Positions 1-11,663 of a DNA stretch of 64,000 nucleotides are shown here, one piece after another. The DNA is from Camelus dromedarius (taxonomy: Eukaryota). Every line of letters begins with the position of its first letter. Within the stretch, counting starts at the first letter, position 1. Location: contig NC_087436.1 of the NCBI RefSeq assembly GCF_036321535.1, positions 43,030,001 through 43,094,000 on the forward strand, given 5' to 3'. Under the pieces are notes generated by a model, which was not told the origin of the DNA, did not search any database, and saw only the letters and a list, made by a program, of their open reading frames with translations. The position numbers and the translations under genes are program-made.

Positions 1-3000
1 GTTTTATATATAGTAGTTAGTATTTGCAACTCTCAAACTCCCAATCTACCCCTTCCCACCCCCTCCCCAGCTGGTAACCATAAGTTTGTTTTTTACATCT
101 GTGAGTCTGTTTCTGTTTCATAAATAAGTTTGTCTTTTTTTTTTTTAATTCCACATGTAAGTGATATCATATGGTATTTTTCTTTCTCTTTCTGGCTTAC
201 TTCACTTAGAATGACAGTCTCTAGTTCCATCAATGTTGCTGCAAATGGCATTATTTCATTCCTTTTTAATGGTTGAGTAGTATTCCATTGTGTAAATGTA
301 CCACAACTTCTTTATCCAGTCATCTGTCGATGGACATTTAGGTTGTTTCCATGTTTTGGCTATTGTAAATAGTGCTTCTGTGAACACTGGGGTGCATGTA
401 TCTTTTTGAATTAAGGTTCCCTCTGGATATATGCCCAGGAGTGGGATTGCTGGATCAGATGGTAAGTCTATTTTTAGTCTTTTAAGGAGTCTCCATATTG
501 TTTTCCATAATGGTTGCACCAAACCATTCCCACCACCAGTGTAGGAGGGTTCCCTTTTCTCCACAGCCTCCCAGCATTTATTGTTTGTGGACTTTTGAAT
601 GATGGCCATTCTGACTGGTGTGAGGTGATTCCTCATTGTAGTTTTGATTTAAATTTCTCTGATAATTAGCAATATTGAGCATTTTTTCCTGTGACTACTG
701 GCCATTTGTGTGTCTTCACTGGAGAACTGTTTGTTTAGGTCTTCTGCCCATTTTTGGATTGGATTGGTTTTTTTCTTATTAAGTCGTATGAGCTGTTACT
801 GACAAGGGAAATTAAGCCCTTGTCAGTCTCATCTTTCGCAAATACTTTCTTCCTTCTGTAGATTGTCTTTTTGTTTTCTTTATGGTTTCCTTTGCTGTGC
901 AAAAGCTTATAAGTTTAATTCGGCCCCATTTGTTTATTTTTGCTTTTATTTCTATTGCCTGGGTAGACTGCCCGAGGAGAACATTGCTAAGATTTATGTC
1001 AGAGAATGTTTTGCCTATGTTTTCTTCCAAGAGGTTTATAGTGTCTTGTCTTTAAGCCATTTTGAGTTTATTTTTGTGTATGGTGTGTTCTAACTTAATT
1101 GATTTACGTGCACCTGTCCAGTTTTCCCAACACCATTTGCTGAAGAGACTGTCTTTACTCCATTGTATGTCCTTGCCTTCTTTGTCAAAGATTAATTGAC
1201 CAAAAGTTTGTGGATTTATTTCTGGGCTCTATTCTGTTCCATTGATCTATATGTTAGTTTTTGTTACCAGTACCGTGCTGTTTTGATTACTGTAGCTCTA
1301 TAGTATTGTCTGAAGTCTGGGAGGGTTATTCCTCCAGCTTCATTCTTTTTCTTCAGTAATGCTTTGGGAATTTTGGGTCTTTTGGGATTCCATATAAATT
1401 TTAGGATTATTTGTTCTAATTCTGTGAAAAAATGTCCTGGGTAATTTGATAGGGATTGCATTAAATCTGTAGATTGCCTTGGGCAGCATGGCCATTTTAA
1501 CAATATTGATTCTTCCAATCCATGGGAACATGGGATAGCTTTCCATTTCATTAAGTCATCTTTAATACAAATTATAGTTCTCCATGTATAAGTCTTTCAC
1601 TTCCTTGGTCAGATTTATTCCTAAGTTATTTTATATTTTTGGATGCAATTTTAAAAGGGATTGTTTCTTTACTTTCCTTTTCTGATATTTGTTAGTGTAT
1701 AAGAAATGCCACTGATTTCTTTAAGTTAATCTTGTATCCAGCTACCTTACCAAATTCTTTTATTAGCTCTAGTAGTTTTTGTGTGGAATCTTTAGGGTTT
1801 GCTATATATAGTATCATGCTATCTGCATATAGTGACAGTTTTACCTCTTCTCTTCTAATTTGGATCCTTTTTATTTATCATTATTACTATTTTTTGTCTG
1901 ATTGCTGTTGCTAGGACTTCCAATACTATATTGAATAGAAGTGGTGAGAATTGGGCATCCTTGTCTTGTTCCAGATTTTAGGGGGAAGGCTTTCAGCTTT
2001 TCACCATTGAGTACTATGCTGGCTGTAGGTTTGTCATATATAGCTTTTATTATGTTGAGATATGTTCCCTCTATACCCACGTTGGTAAGAGTTTTTAACA
2101 TAAATGAGTGTTGAATTTCATCAAATGCTTTTTCTGCATCTATTGAGATGATCATGTGGTTTTTGTCTTTTCTCTTGTTGATGTGGTGTATCACATGGAT
2201 TCATTTGCATATAATGAACCATCCTATGTCCCTAGGATGAATCCAACTTGATCATAGCGTATGATCTTCTTTATGTGTTGTTGGATTTTGTCTGCTAATA
2301 TTTAGTTGAGGATTTTTGCATCTATGTTCATAACGATAATGGCCTATAGCTTTCTTTTTTGGTAGTGTCTTTGTCTGACTTTGGTATCAGGGTGATGATG
2401 GCTTCATAGAATGATAGTTTGGAAGTATTCCCTCCTCTTCAGTCTTTTGGAAGAGTTTGAGAAGGATTGGTATGAGTTATTTTTGTATGTCTGATATAAT
2501 TCCCCAGTGAAGCCATCTGGTCCTGGACTTTTGTTTGCAGGGAGGTTTTTAATTGCTGCTTCCATTTCACTTTTAGTTATTGGTCTGTTCAAATGATCTA
2601 TTTCTTCTTGATTCTGTTTTGGTAGACTGTATGTTTCTAGAAACTTGTCCAATTTATTGCCATATAGTTGTTCATAGTATTCTCTTATGATTTTTTTTTT
2701 GTATTTCTGTGGTGTTGGTTTGTAATCTCTCCACTTTCATTTCTTATTTTGTTTATTTGTGTTCTCTCTCATTTCCTGGTGAGCCTGGCCAGAGGTTTGT
2801 CAATTTTGTTTACTCCTTCAAAAATCCAGCTCTTGGTTTGATTGATTTTTTAATTGTTTTTTTAATCTCTTATTTCCTCCTGATCTTTATTATTTCTTTA
2901 CTTCTGCTGACTTCGGGTTTTGTTTGTTCTTCTTTTTCTAATTATTTTAGGTGGCAGCTTAGGTTGTTTATTTGAGATTGTTCTTTTTTGAGGAAGGCCT

Positions 3001-6000
3001 GTAACACTATGAACTTCCCTCTTAGGAGTGCTTTTGCTGTATCCCATAGATTTTGTATGGTTTTGTTTTCATTGTCATTTGTCTCAAGGTATTTTTTAAA
3101 TTTCTTCTTTGATTTCATCATTGATCCACTGGTTTTTTAGTAGCATATTGTGTAGTCTCAATAAGTCATTTTTTTCTCATTTGTTTTTCTGTGGTTGATT
3201 TCTAGTTTCATGCCATTGTTTTTAGAGAAGATGCTGGGAATAATTTTCTACCCTCTTAAATTCGTTGAGGTTTCTTTTGTGCCTAAGTATGTGGTCTATC
3301 CTAGAGAATGTTCCATGAGCACTTGAAAAAAATGTATATTCTGTTTTGGGAGGATGTAATGTCCTAAAAATATCAAGCAAGTCTAACTGTTCTATTGTGT
3401 CATTTAGTATATCTCCACTGCCTTATTGATTTTCTATCTGCAAGACCTGTCCAATGAGAGGTAGGAGTAGGAGACTAACACCCTATTTGTATTCCCATCA
3501 ATTTCTTCTTTTATGTCTGTATTTGTTTTACATATTTGGGTGCATGTTTATTAATGAGTGTAATGTCTTCATCTTGTATTGCTCCTTTGATCATTATATA
3601 GTGTCCTTTATCTCTCTTTATGGCCTTTGTTTTAAAGTCTATTTTGTCTCATGAGTATTGCTACTTCTGCTTTCTTGTCATTTCCACTTGTATGAAATAT
3701 CTTTCAATCTAATGTGTGTCCTTTACTCTGAAGTGGGTCTCTTGTAGGCAGCATATTGCAGCATTCTGTTTTATTATCCAATCTGCCACTCAGTCTTTTG
3801 ACTGGAGCACTTAGTCCATTGACATTTATAGTAATTACTGGTAGATGTGTGTTTATTACCATTTTGAACTTTGTTTCCGGTTGGTTTGGTGTTTCTTCTT
3901 TGTTCCTTTCTTTTCTTTTTTGTTTTTCTTTTTGTGGTTTGATCATTTTCTTTTGTATTAGCTAGGTTTCTTTTTGGCTTTTGTGACTATTGTGTGCTTT
4001 TGATTTGTGGTTTTCCTGTTTTTCAGGTATATTAACCCCTTACTATATGTATCTCTTTGCTTTAGCCTGGTAGTCATGTTGGTTCAAACACATCCTAAAA
4101 AGAACGAAGAAAAAGAGAGAGAGGAAAAAAACTGTTTTCTTGCTCCCCTCTCCCACCTTTTATGATTTTGATACTCTTTATTTTTATTTATTTACTTTTT
4201 ACGTCTTCATGTTTATTCTCTTGCAATTCACTGTAGTTATCACATTTCCAATTATGGTTTTCTCATTTCTATAGCTTCCTGTTTCTTTTCAATTTAGAGT
4301 AGACCTTTCAATATTTCTTTTAGTATAGGTTTAGTACTGCTGATTTTTTTTTGTTTTTTAGAGTAGGAGAGATAAAGGATAGTCTTGCTGGATAGAGTAA
4401 CCTAGGTTGCAGCTTTTTCTCATTCAGGACTTTGAATATATCTTGCCACTCCCATCTGACCAGCAGTTTGTGTAGATAAATCAGCTGAAAACCTTATGGG
4501 GGTTCTCTTATAACTAACTCATTTTACTCTTGCTGCCTTTAGAGGCCTTTCTTTAACTTTGGCCATCTTAATTATGTCTTGGTGTAGGTCTGTTTGGGGT
4601 CTTCTTATTTGGGACCCTCTGTGTCTTCTGTACTTGGACATGTTTCCTTTAGGTTTGGGAAGTTTTCAGTCACGATTGCTTCAAATACCTTTACAATTCT
4701 CCTTTCTTCTCCTTCTGGGACCTGTATTATGCGTAAGTTGGAATGCTTTATATTATCCCATAGGTTCCTTATATCGCTTTCATTGGTTTTTGCTGTTCTG
4801 ATTGGGTGACTTCTGTATCCTGTCTTGTAAGTCTCTTATTCATTTCTCTGCTGTCTAGTCTGCTTTTGAGACTGTCTTTAGCTCAGCTCTTATCTCAGCA
4901 ACTGAGTTTTCTGTTTTAAATTGGCTCCTCTTTACAGTTGCAATGTCCTTTTTAAAGTATTCTGTCTCTACTGATAGTCTCTTAGTTCCTTCAGTGCATT
5001 GATCACTCCATTTTTGAAGTCATCATCTAGTAGACTATCAAGGTCATTTTCATTGATCATTCTTTTAATTGGGAGTAGTTCCTCTGCTTCATTTTACTTA
5101 TATTTCTCTGGCTCTATGGATTTAGGAGTATCAGTTATCAACTGTGATCTTGAAAGGCTGTTTTATTTTTTGTTTGTTTTTATTTAAAGTGGGAGGATTC
5201 CTGTGTAGACTGTGTGTGTCTAATAGTTTCGTTGCAATGGCTGTTCTTAGTATGGATGGTTGCCATGTCTTCCTTCCATGTATTTTGGCTGTTATTCCTT
5301 TGACTGCCAGTGTGATTGGTGGTGTGGGGATCATAGCATGCCCTGATTGTTGAGCCAGGCCTTCTTTTTTGTTCTGTGGTTGTCACAGCCTTGACAGGGG
5401 CCTGGTCTGCCCCCTGTTGCTGGAATAGAGGCTTCCAGACCCATTTCTGGGCTGTGGTGTGTAGTAGGCAGGGTTGGAGCACTTCAGCTGGGAAGAAGTG
5501 TAGGCAGATGTCCACTAGGAAGTGCCCTCTGGTGGTTTCTGTCACTTGTTATGTGGGCTTACAAGGTACTCTTTGTTGATGCTGCCTTTGTCCCTGCCTT
5601 AGCTGCGGGAATATCGGCCACCTGCTCTGGTGACCCCCAGGTTCTTGGCCCCCGGAACCACCACTGCAAATCTGCCAGTGTCAGGCACTCAGACTCGCCG
5701 TAGTAAGTGTGCCACCACGCACCTGAATCTGTGGTGCACCACAGGGTCAGGGCAGACCCCAGCCCTGCCTACGTATGCAGGCCTGTTGTAAATACCCGTA
5801 CTCGCCCCCACCATGAGTCAGAACTCTGTTCACTGCCTGTTTGTCCCAGAGGCATGGGTCCACAAAGGGTCCAGAGAGAGCAGATCTGCCCTCTCTGTCT
5901 GGGGGTGTAAACAAATCTTAGTCCTGCTTGTGAAGTTGCAGGGCCACTGGGTATAGATTCAGCTTTCAGCCCTGCCTCCATGAAGCGGTGATGGCTGTAA

Positions 6001-6585
6001 CCAAACCCCACCTCTCTTCTCAGGAGAACACACCAACAATGGAGCCAAGCAGAGAAAGAGACTAGCGTGGCTGCACAGTGCTGTTTTATGGCGGTCCCAG
6101 CCAGAGCTCACACCGCCCTCCAGTCCCTTGAGGCTGCCTCTGTGCAGTAGGCCCCATCCCTGTGCCTGGGCTCCTCACCAGTCTCCAGCAGCCAGTCCCT
6201 GCTTGTCCCTGACGGCTCACATCTACTGCTGGGGATCACAGGGACCCTCTGGGTCAGTTTCCCTTAGTTCGGTCTGCCAAGTGGTTGCCACTTTGTCCTT
6301 GGAGCCTCGGAAGCTCTGCTTCTGTGTCTGCTGACCTCCCGGCTGGCGAGAGGGGTGTCCCAGTGTGGGGGTGCCTTTGTTCCTATGCTGCTCCCTCCCT
6401 GCACCAATTTTTTTTTTCTTACCAGATTTTGTGAGAATCCTCCTAAATCTCAAAACTAGAGACACTCTGCCAGAGTTCAGCCGGTGTTCTGTGCAATTCA
6501 GTGGGTTTGTAGATGTAATTCTTGGTGTATTTGTGGGAGAGGGCGAGCTGTGAGTCTCTCTACTCGGCCATCTTGGCTCAACCCC
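1..6585 (-). mobile_element. Near full-length, inactivated LINE-1 (5'UTR, ORF1, ORF2, 3'UTR running off the window start), antisense within a CAMK2D intron
   Basis: Minus-strand ORF fragments match L1 ORF2: EN start MVINTHLPVITINVNGL (3704-3946), [11 protein letters not shown] (2404-2652), [15 protein letters not shown] (1871-2194), C-terminal [11 protein letters not shown] (256-636). The minus-strand 5' end reads GGGGTTGAGCCAAGATGGCCG. Frameshifts and stops break ORF2. Confidence 0.95.
6565..6576 (-). promoter_or_regulatory. YY1 motif at the L1 5' terminus
   Basis: CGGCCATCTTGG on + (CCAAGATGGCCG on -) lies about 10-20 nt from the L1 5' end, the canonical position of the L1 YY1 site. Confidence 0.7.
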
Positions 6586-8371
6586 ATCTTTGGTTCTTTT
6601 CTGCAATGAGAATTTTTACCTTAGTCTAGCATCTTACATCATAAAAATGTTTTATGTTTAAAGTTGGGGAAAAAAATGACAGGCTTAAAAGTTTTGGTTT
6701 GTTTTGAAACATACCTGATTTTTTAATTTAAAAAGTCATGTTGAGTAAAAGCACTCCATACAAGTCCCAGTAAATGTATAATATAGGCTGCAACATAAGT
6801 TAGTTAGCAGAAAGTGTGGAATTATTTCAGGTTTTCATAAAACCTTACATATGAAAAAACAAAAGAAACCCCAGCATGCCAGAATATTTGACATAGAGGA
6901 GTGCTATCAGGCATAATTAGTGCTCATTTTCAAGGTAAAATGTAAATGAATAGGAGTAGTCCAGTAAATATTTCAGTTCAGATTACAAGAATTTTAATGG
7001 TCTCAGGGGAAACAGCCACATTTCGGAGAAAGTGACAAAAGACACTCCTGCAGAAATGCTTCAGGTCATTTTAATCCTTTTCCTGAACACCTAAAGAGAC
7101 TGGGTATTGTGTTGTGTTTGCATGATGCAGGGAGTGAATTCACCATTTGCAGTGTTTTGGAAGAATTAGAAATTGCAGTAATGCTTAGGATAATCAAGCT
7201 CACTTCCAGTGATTATAAGCTTTGCCAAGAGTCTGCCTTGCAATGGATTTTTACATCAAGATATGTTTAACAAGTTGCTTTTTCTTATATACACTACGCG
7301 TCTGCAAACAAAGATAATTATGTAAGAAACTGCCCTTAATAGAGCTTCAGTAAACGTTCTTACATTCCCTGTGTTCCATCCAGCACTGTGATTGACAGCA
7401 TCTCATAATGTTTTCTTCAACTGACTCTCAAGTGACACCCATCTCTAGTAAAAGAATAAAGAATTAACTCATTAATATTTTAACTTATTTCAATATGACA
7501 CTATATGTCATTACTTTCCATAAATACTTCTTCATAATGGGATATTCTTTTTCATCTGACTGTAGCACTAGTAATTTATTCAGATCTTTTCATAGAGTGT
7601 GTTTGGATAACAGGCAAATCAGTTCAACCTGTTTTAGTGATCTGAGAGATCATTAATTGTCTGCACTAAATCTTTCTCTCTCTTAAGTCAGTCACTGAAT
7701 AACTGAAACAAATAGCTATTGTCAAAACAACACAGGCTGGAGCTTACTGAGGGCTGTTCAGTCAGTGCAAAGAGCTAAAGGATCAGAATCGGGGTTATAT
7801 TGGCCAGCATGAAATTCTGGATTTTTACTGGATGACCACAACTTGACTAACACAGAATGGACTCTACCAAATAGAGGAGCCACTGGATGAGATGGGGAAA
7901 CAAATTCATGCTCTGGCCAGCCTATTTTGGAGAGAGCAGTCTCCATACTTGCATCCTTGTCCCATATCTTCACCAACTAACAAACAAACAAGACCACAGG
8001 ATATCCTGTCCCACCGATCCTTCACTGGGAAGACAGGAACTGCTCTGTGCACCTGGGCCAGGCTTTCTTCATCTCTATTCATATTAGGCTTCTCTTTCTA
8101 ACCACTTCTCATTATAAGTGAGAACGCCTCTCCAGCTCCCCAACTCCAAAAGTTTTCAGAGTGGCATATGAATTGTCTACAAAAGGAATCAAAGAAAATG
8201 ACTACTTTTGCTCTTTTTCTTTATACTTTGCATAGTACCAGGCACTCACTTTGTGTGGACAACTGAATTAATGAATGGCATTCCATTTATTGGTCCCAAC
8301 TGAAGTTGTTACTGGTTTTGGTTTATTTTACATAGAAACTAAATTCTGTTTTCCATGTTGTTCTCTTTCAG

Positions 8372-8600
8372 CTTTGTCCAAAAGCAATAAACCAATCCAC
8401 ACCATTATCCTGAACCCCCACGTACATCTGGTAGGCGATGATGCTGCCTGTATAGCATACATTAGGCTCACCCAGTACATGGATGGCAGCGGAATGCCAA
8501 AAACAATGCAGTCAGAAGAGACACGTGTGTGGCACCGCCGGGATGGAAAGTGGCAGAATGTTCATTTTCATCGCTCGGGATCACCAACCGTACCCATCAA
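8372..8600 (+). CDS. CAMK2D: CaMKII delta coding exon, association (hub) domain C-terminal half
   Basis: Acceptor ttctctttcag|CTTTG and donor ATCAA|gtaaat. Translates (A)[75 protein letters not shown], the CaMKII delta sequence. Confidence 0.98.
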
Positions 8601-8965
8601 GTAAATATTTCCAGGCTGTCAGCTTCTTTAACATACCCATGGTCAGCGTTTTTACTTATTCCGTAATAGCATAATAGCATGGCCTATGTTACTTAATGCT
8701 AGCAGTCAGTTATACTGGTGGGAATTAGTCTCATGAGAAACAATCTATACTTCTCTGGGAAGATAAGTAAGACCAGCTGTTTGTGGGTTGAAGCTTCCCC
8801 TAGAGCAGTACTCAACAGTTTTAGATAGGAACTAGAGGACACCCTATCATGGTTAAGTCAGGGAGAATTCATGTAATAAGGTAAAGCCTTAATGACTTCA
8901 TTGTCACAATTGGCAGAGGAAGGGGATGTGGAAGGGAAAAATGGGAGTTTCTAAACTAGCCAATA

Positions 8966-9270
8966 TAGTTGACCCTGCTTACGCATGGGTTCCTCACACA
9001 CAGATTCAACCAGCCTCAGAGTGAAAATATTTGGGGAGGAGAAATTCCAGTAGGTTCCAAAAAGCAAAACTTAAATTTGCCATGCAGGCAACTATTTCCA
9101 TAGCATTTACATTGTATTGGTATTAATAAGTAATCCAGAGATGATTTAAAGTATACAGGAGGATGGGTGTAGATTATATGAAATACTACACCATTTTATA
9201 TGAGACTTGAGCACCTGCAGGTTTTGGCATCCACGGGGAACCTGAAACCAATCCCCACCCTGATACTGTA
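8966..9270. mobile_element. MER2-like Tigger non-autonomous DNA transposon
   Basis: Contains the MER2 hallmark ...catagcatttacattgtattggtattaataagtaatccagagatgatttaaagtatacaggagg...gaaaccaatcccc. Confidence 0.75.
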
Positions 9271-10395
9271 TTATATCAGTAGTTTCATTTCACAGATTTT
9301 TCTACTGGTGCTCAATTACAGATATTAGGATAAATTTATGAAGTTCAGCATTTGAAACGCACCTTTCTCACTACAGCACACTAACTCAGATGTGGTGTTT
9401 GCTCTCCTAATCAGTAACTAGACATTTATTTCACATCACCTAGCTGTTTAACCTGCGCCAGATAAAATGCAAAGTAAAAGATGTTGCCCTCAAGGAACTT
9501 ATATTCAAGTTTAGAAAACAATTTATCACCAAGAGCAAAGGAAAAACTATAATAAAGTTCATAATCAGCTCCAGAGTAGAAGGAAATGAATGACCAATAT
9601 AACAAACTTACAACAGTTTGGAAGGATACTGTGTAGAAGATAGAATTTTGGACAAGGTCTTAAGTGAGGATGGAACTTGGAGAAATTGAAGGATAGAAAG
9701 AACAAATGGAAGACATTCCAAGTTCAAGAAGCACCATGAGAAAAAGCACGATGTCAGTCATTAGCTTAGTATGCTAGAGGATTATGGGTAGGGAAGGCTG
9801 ACTCCAGCTGGAGTAAAGGGGAACCACAGGAATAACGTTCATCAGAAAAGTAGACGGGATGTTCACACTTGGTAGGAGTTCAGCCCACTGCTGCTCTCAC
9901 TCCAGATTCTCTCACTGGATCACCTGTTAATATCTGGGGGGCATGGGATGGGGAGTCAAGGTCACACAAACAGCCATTCAACTCCAGAGAATCCACCAAA
10001 ATTTCTTAGTTTCATGATGTCCCACCACAGTGGTTTTCAATGGCCTTCTCTATAGCCTTGATAATTACTATCACTGTTGGATTTGTTTAAAAGTGGGTCA
10101 CAAGGAAAAAAACAAAAGATAGGTTGAAATTCACTCCAAAACAAATAACTATGTAATTAAGAGAAAGATGAAAGGTAGGTAACGAGAATAGAAACACCAT
10201 TTTTGTGCATTTCTGTGTTTTTTTTTACCCCAAAGAGGTACAGCACAAATTGCCAGTTACTATAGAAGGGATTGCATTCATACTGTATTAGAAGGTTAGG
10301 TTTCTCTACAACTCCCTGAAGTGTTTATGGGATAGAGCCTATTTAAGACAACTTCATTTTATGCCAGGGGGCTTAAATGGGGCTTCTCTTAATAG

Positions 10396-10462
10396 GCCAT
10401 CCTGTATTCCAAATGGGAAAGACAACTTCTCAGGAAGCACCTCTTTGTGGCAAAACATCTAA
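10396..10462 (+). CDS. CAMK2D: CAMK2D cassette exon coding part: delta-specific C-terminal tail (whole exon 10396-10491)
   Basis: Acceptor cttctcttaatag|G completes the split AA|G Lys codon. It then reads PSCIPNGKDNFSGSTSLWQNI with TAA at 10460-10462. Donor TCTT|gtaagt follows 10491. This matches the known delta tail (human [21 protein letters not shown], recalled). Confidence 0.95.
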
Positions 10463-11663
10463 GGCCTGAAAACCATTCACATATGGTTCTTGTAAGTAAC
10501 ATCCTGCTCCGTGATACCTGGTGATTGGAGCTAATGACTGAAAAGCTGCATGGCTGTTTTTCTTCCCTTTGAGGATATTTTCTCTTGCATTATATTCAGT
10601 GAAAATCATAAAAGGTCTTGGAGAATTCGTAGCATTTTTGCATGAGCTCAAGTCTAATGTTTCGCACCATTTGGTAGAATAACCCTTATTTTCAAGGTAA
10701 CAAGTGCTGAGAAGACCCTATCTTCAGCATATGTATTGTGGCATTTTGGAATATCCTGGAGTTCTCACATCAGAAGTCAATTTTATCTGAGTCCATTCAG
10801 ACAACTCTCAATTATCCAGACCAAATTTATGTCAGGCTCTGGGATCCTTTAATGTCTCACCGTTCTTTCAAGAAGTTGCAGTTCCTGTGTCGCACTGGGC
10901 TGAGGTTAATATATAAATTGATTTGCCCTGCTTAGTATATTGGTATTTGACCAGGAGGAGGAAGTCAAGTTGAAATTTAAAACTCACAAAGTGAGTAATT
11001 CCAGAGGATAATTGAAAGTTGACTAAATAAATTCATGCCTGTGTTTGTTGTGTTTTTTAAGATTTGTTTCCTAACTTGGATTAGGATTCAGAGATGTGTG
11101 GTACTGTTGTGAATCTTTCCTCCACTCAAAGCACTGAACCTTGTCAGAGCTTTGAAGAACTAGTGCTCCCAGCTGTTGGTTTAAAGAAGACCTCCAATTA
11201 AATAATAATCGTGTTTTCTCTACTGTTTAAGGCTGTAAAATTGACTTCTAGGTTTGATTTCTCGTGAAGTCTAAGAATAATGACAAAAGCTAAAGGATGT
11301 CCTTAAACTTTTAGTCTTTTTCAACTAAATAATACTATTCATTTATTAATCTGTCTAGTAAATAGGAATGCTCAAACTGTGTATTTGGATCTAATCATGT
11401 GATTGAAGCCTGAGTGTATTTTTAGCTTAGCTCTGTGTGGACAAACTGATGGATATTAAAATTGGAACTCAGTATTAATTGTTTAACACTGTGCATTTGA
11501 GCTTTCAGTGACTGCAAGCCAAGATGTCTTACACACAGTGTTTTCAATCCAGTACTTAGCTGGTTGTAAAATCGTAGCCTAGCCTCAATGCTTGGCAAAG
11601 CACTTCGCTGATATTCTGTAAAAGTGTTTAATTTCTTTCTCCCTCTCCCGTTTCTCCTTGCAG

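Noticed and set aside
256..6606. Many ORFs on both strands within the first L1
   Set aside because: These are broken L1 ORF2 fragments or antisense shadows. No intact ORF1 or ORF2 remains, so this is not an active element.
8275..8371. N-terminal part of the 109-aa ORF ([12 protein letters not shown]...)
   Set aside because: This is intronic sequence and polypyrimidine tract that happens to be in frame. CaMKII homology begins only at the acceptor at 8372.
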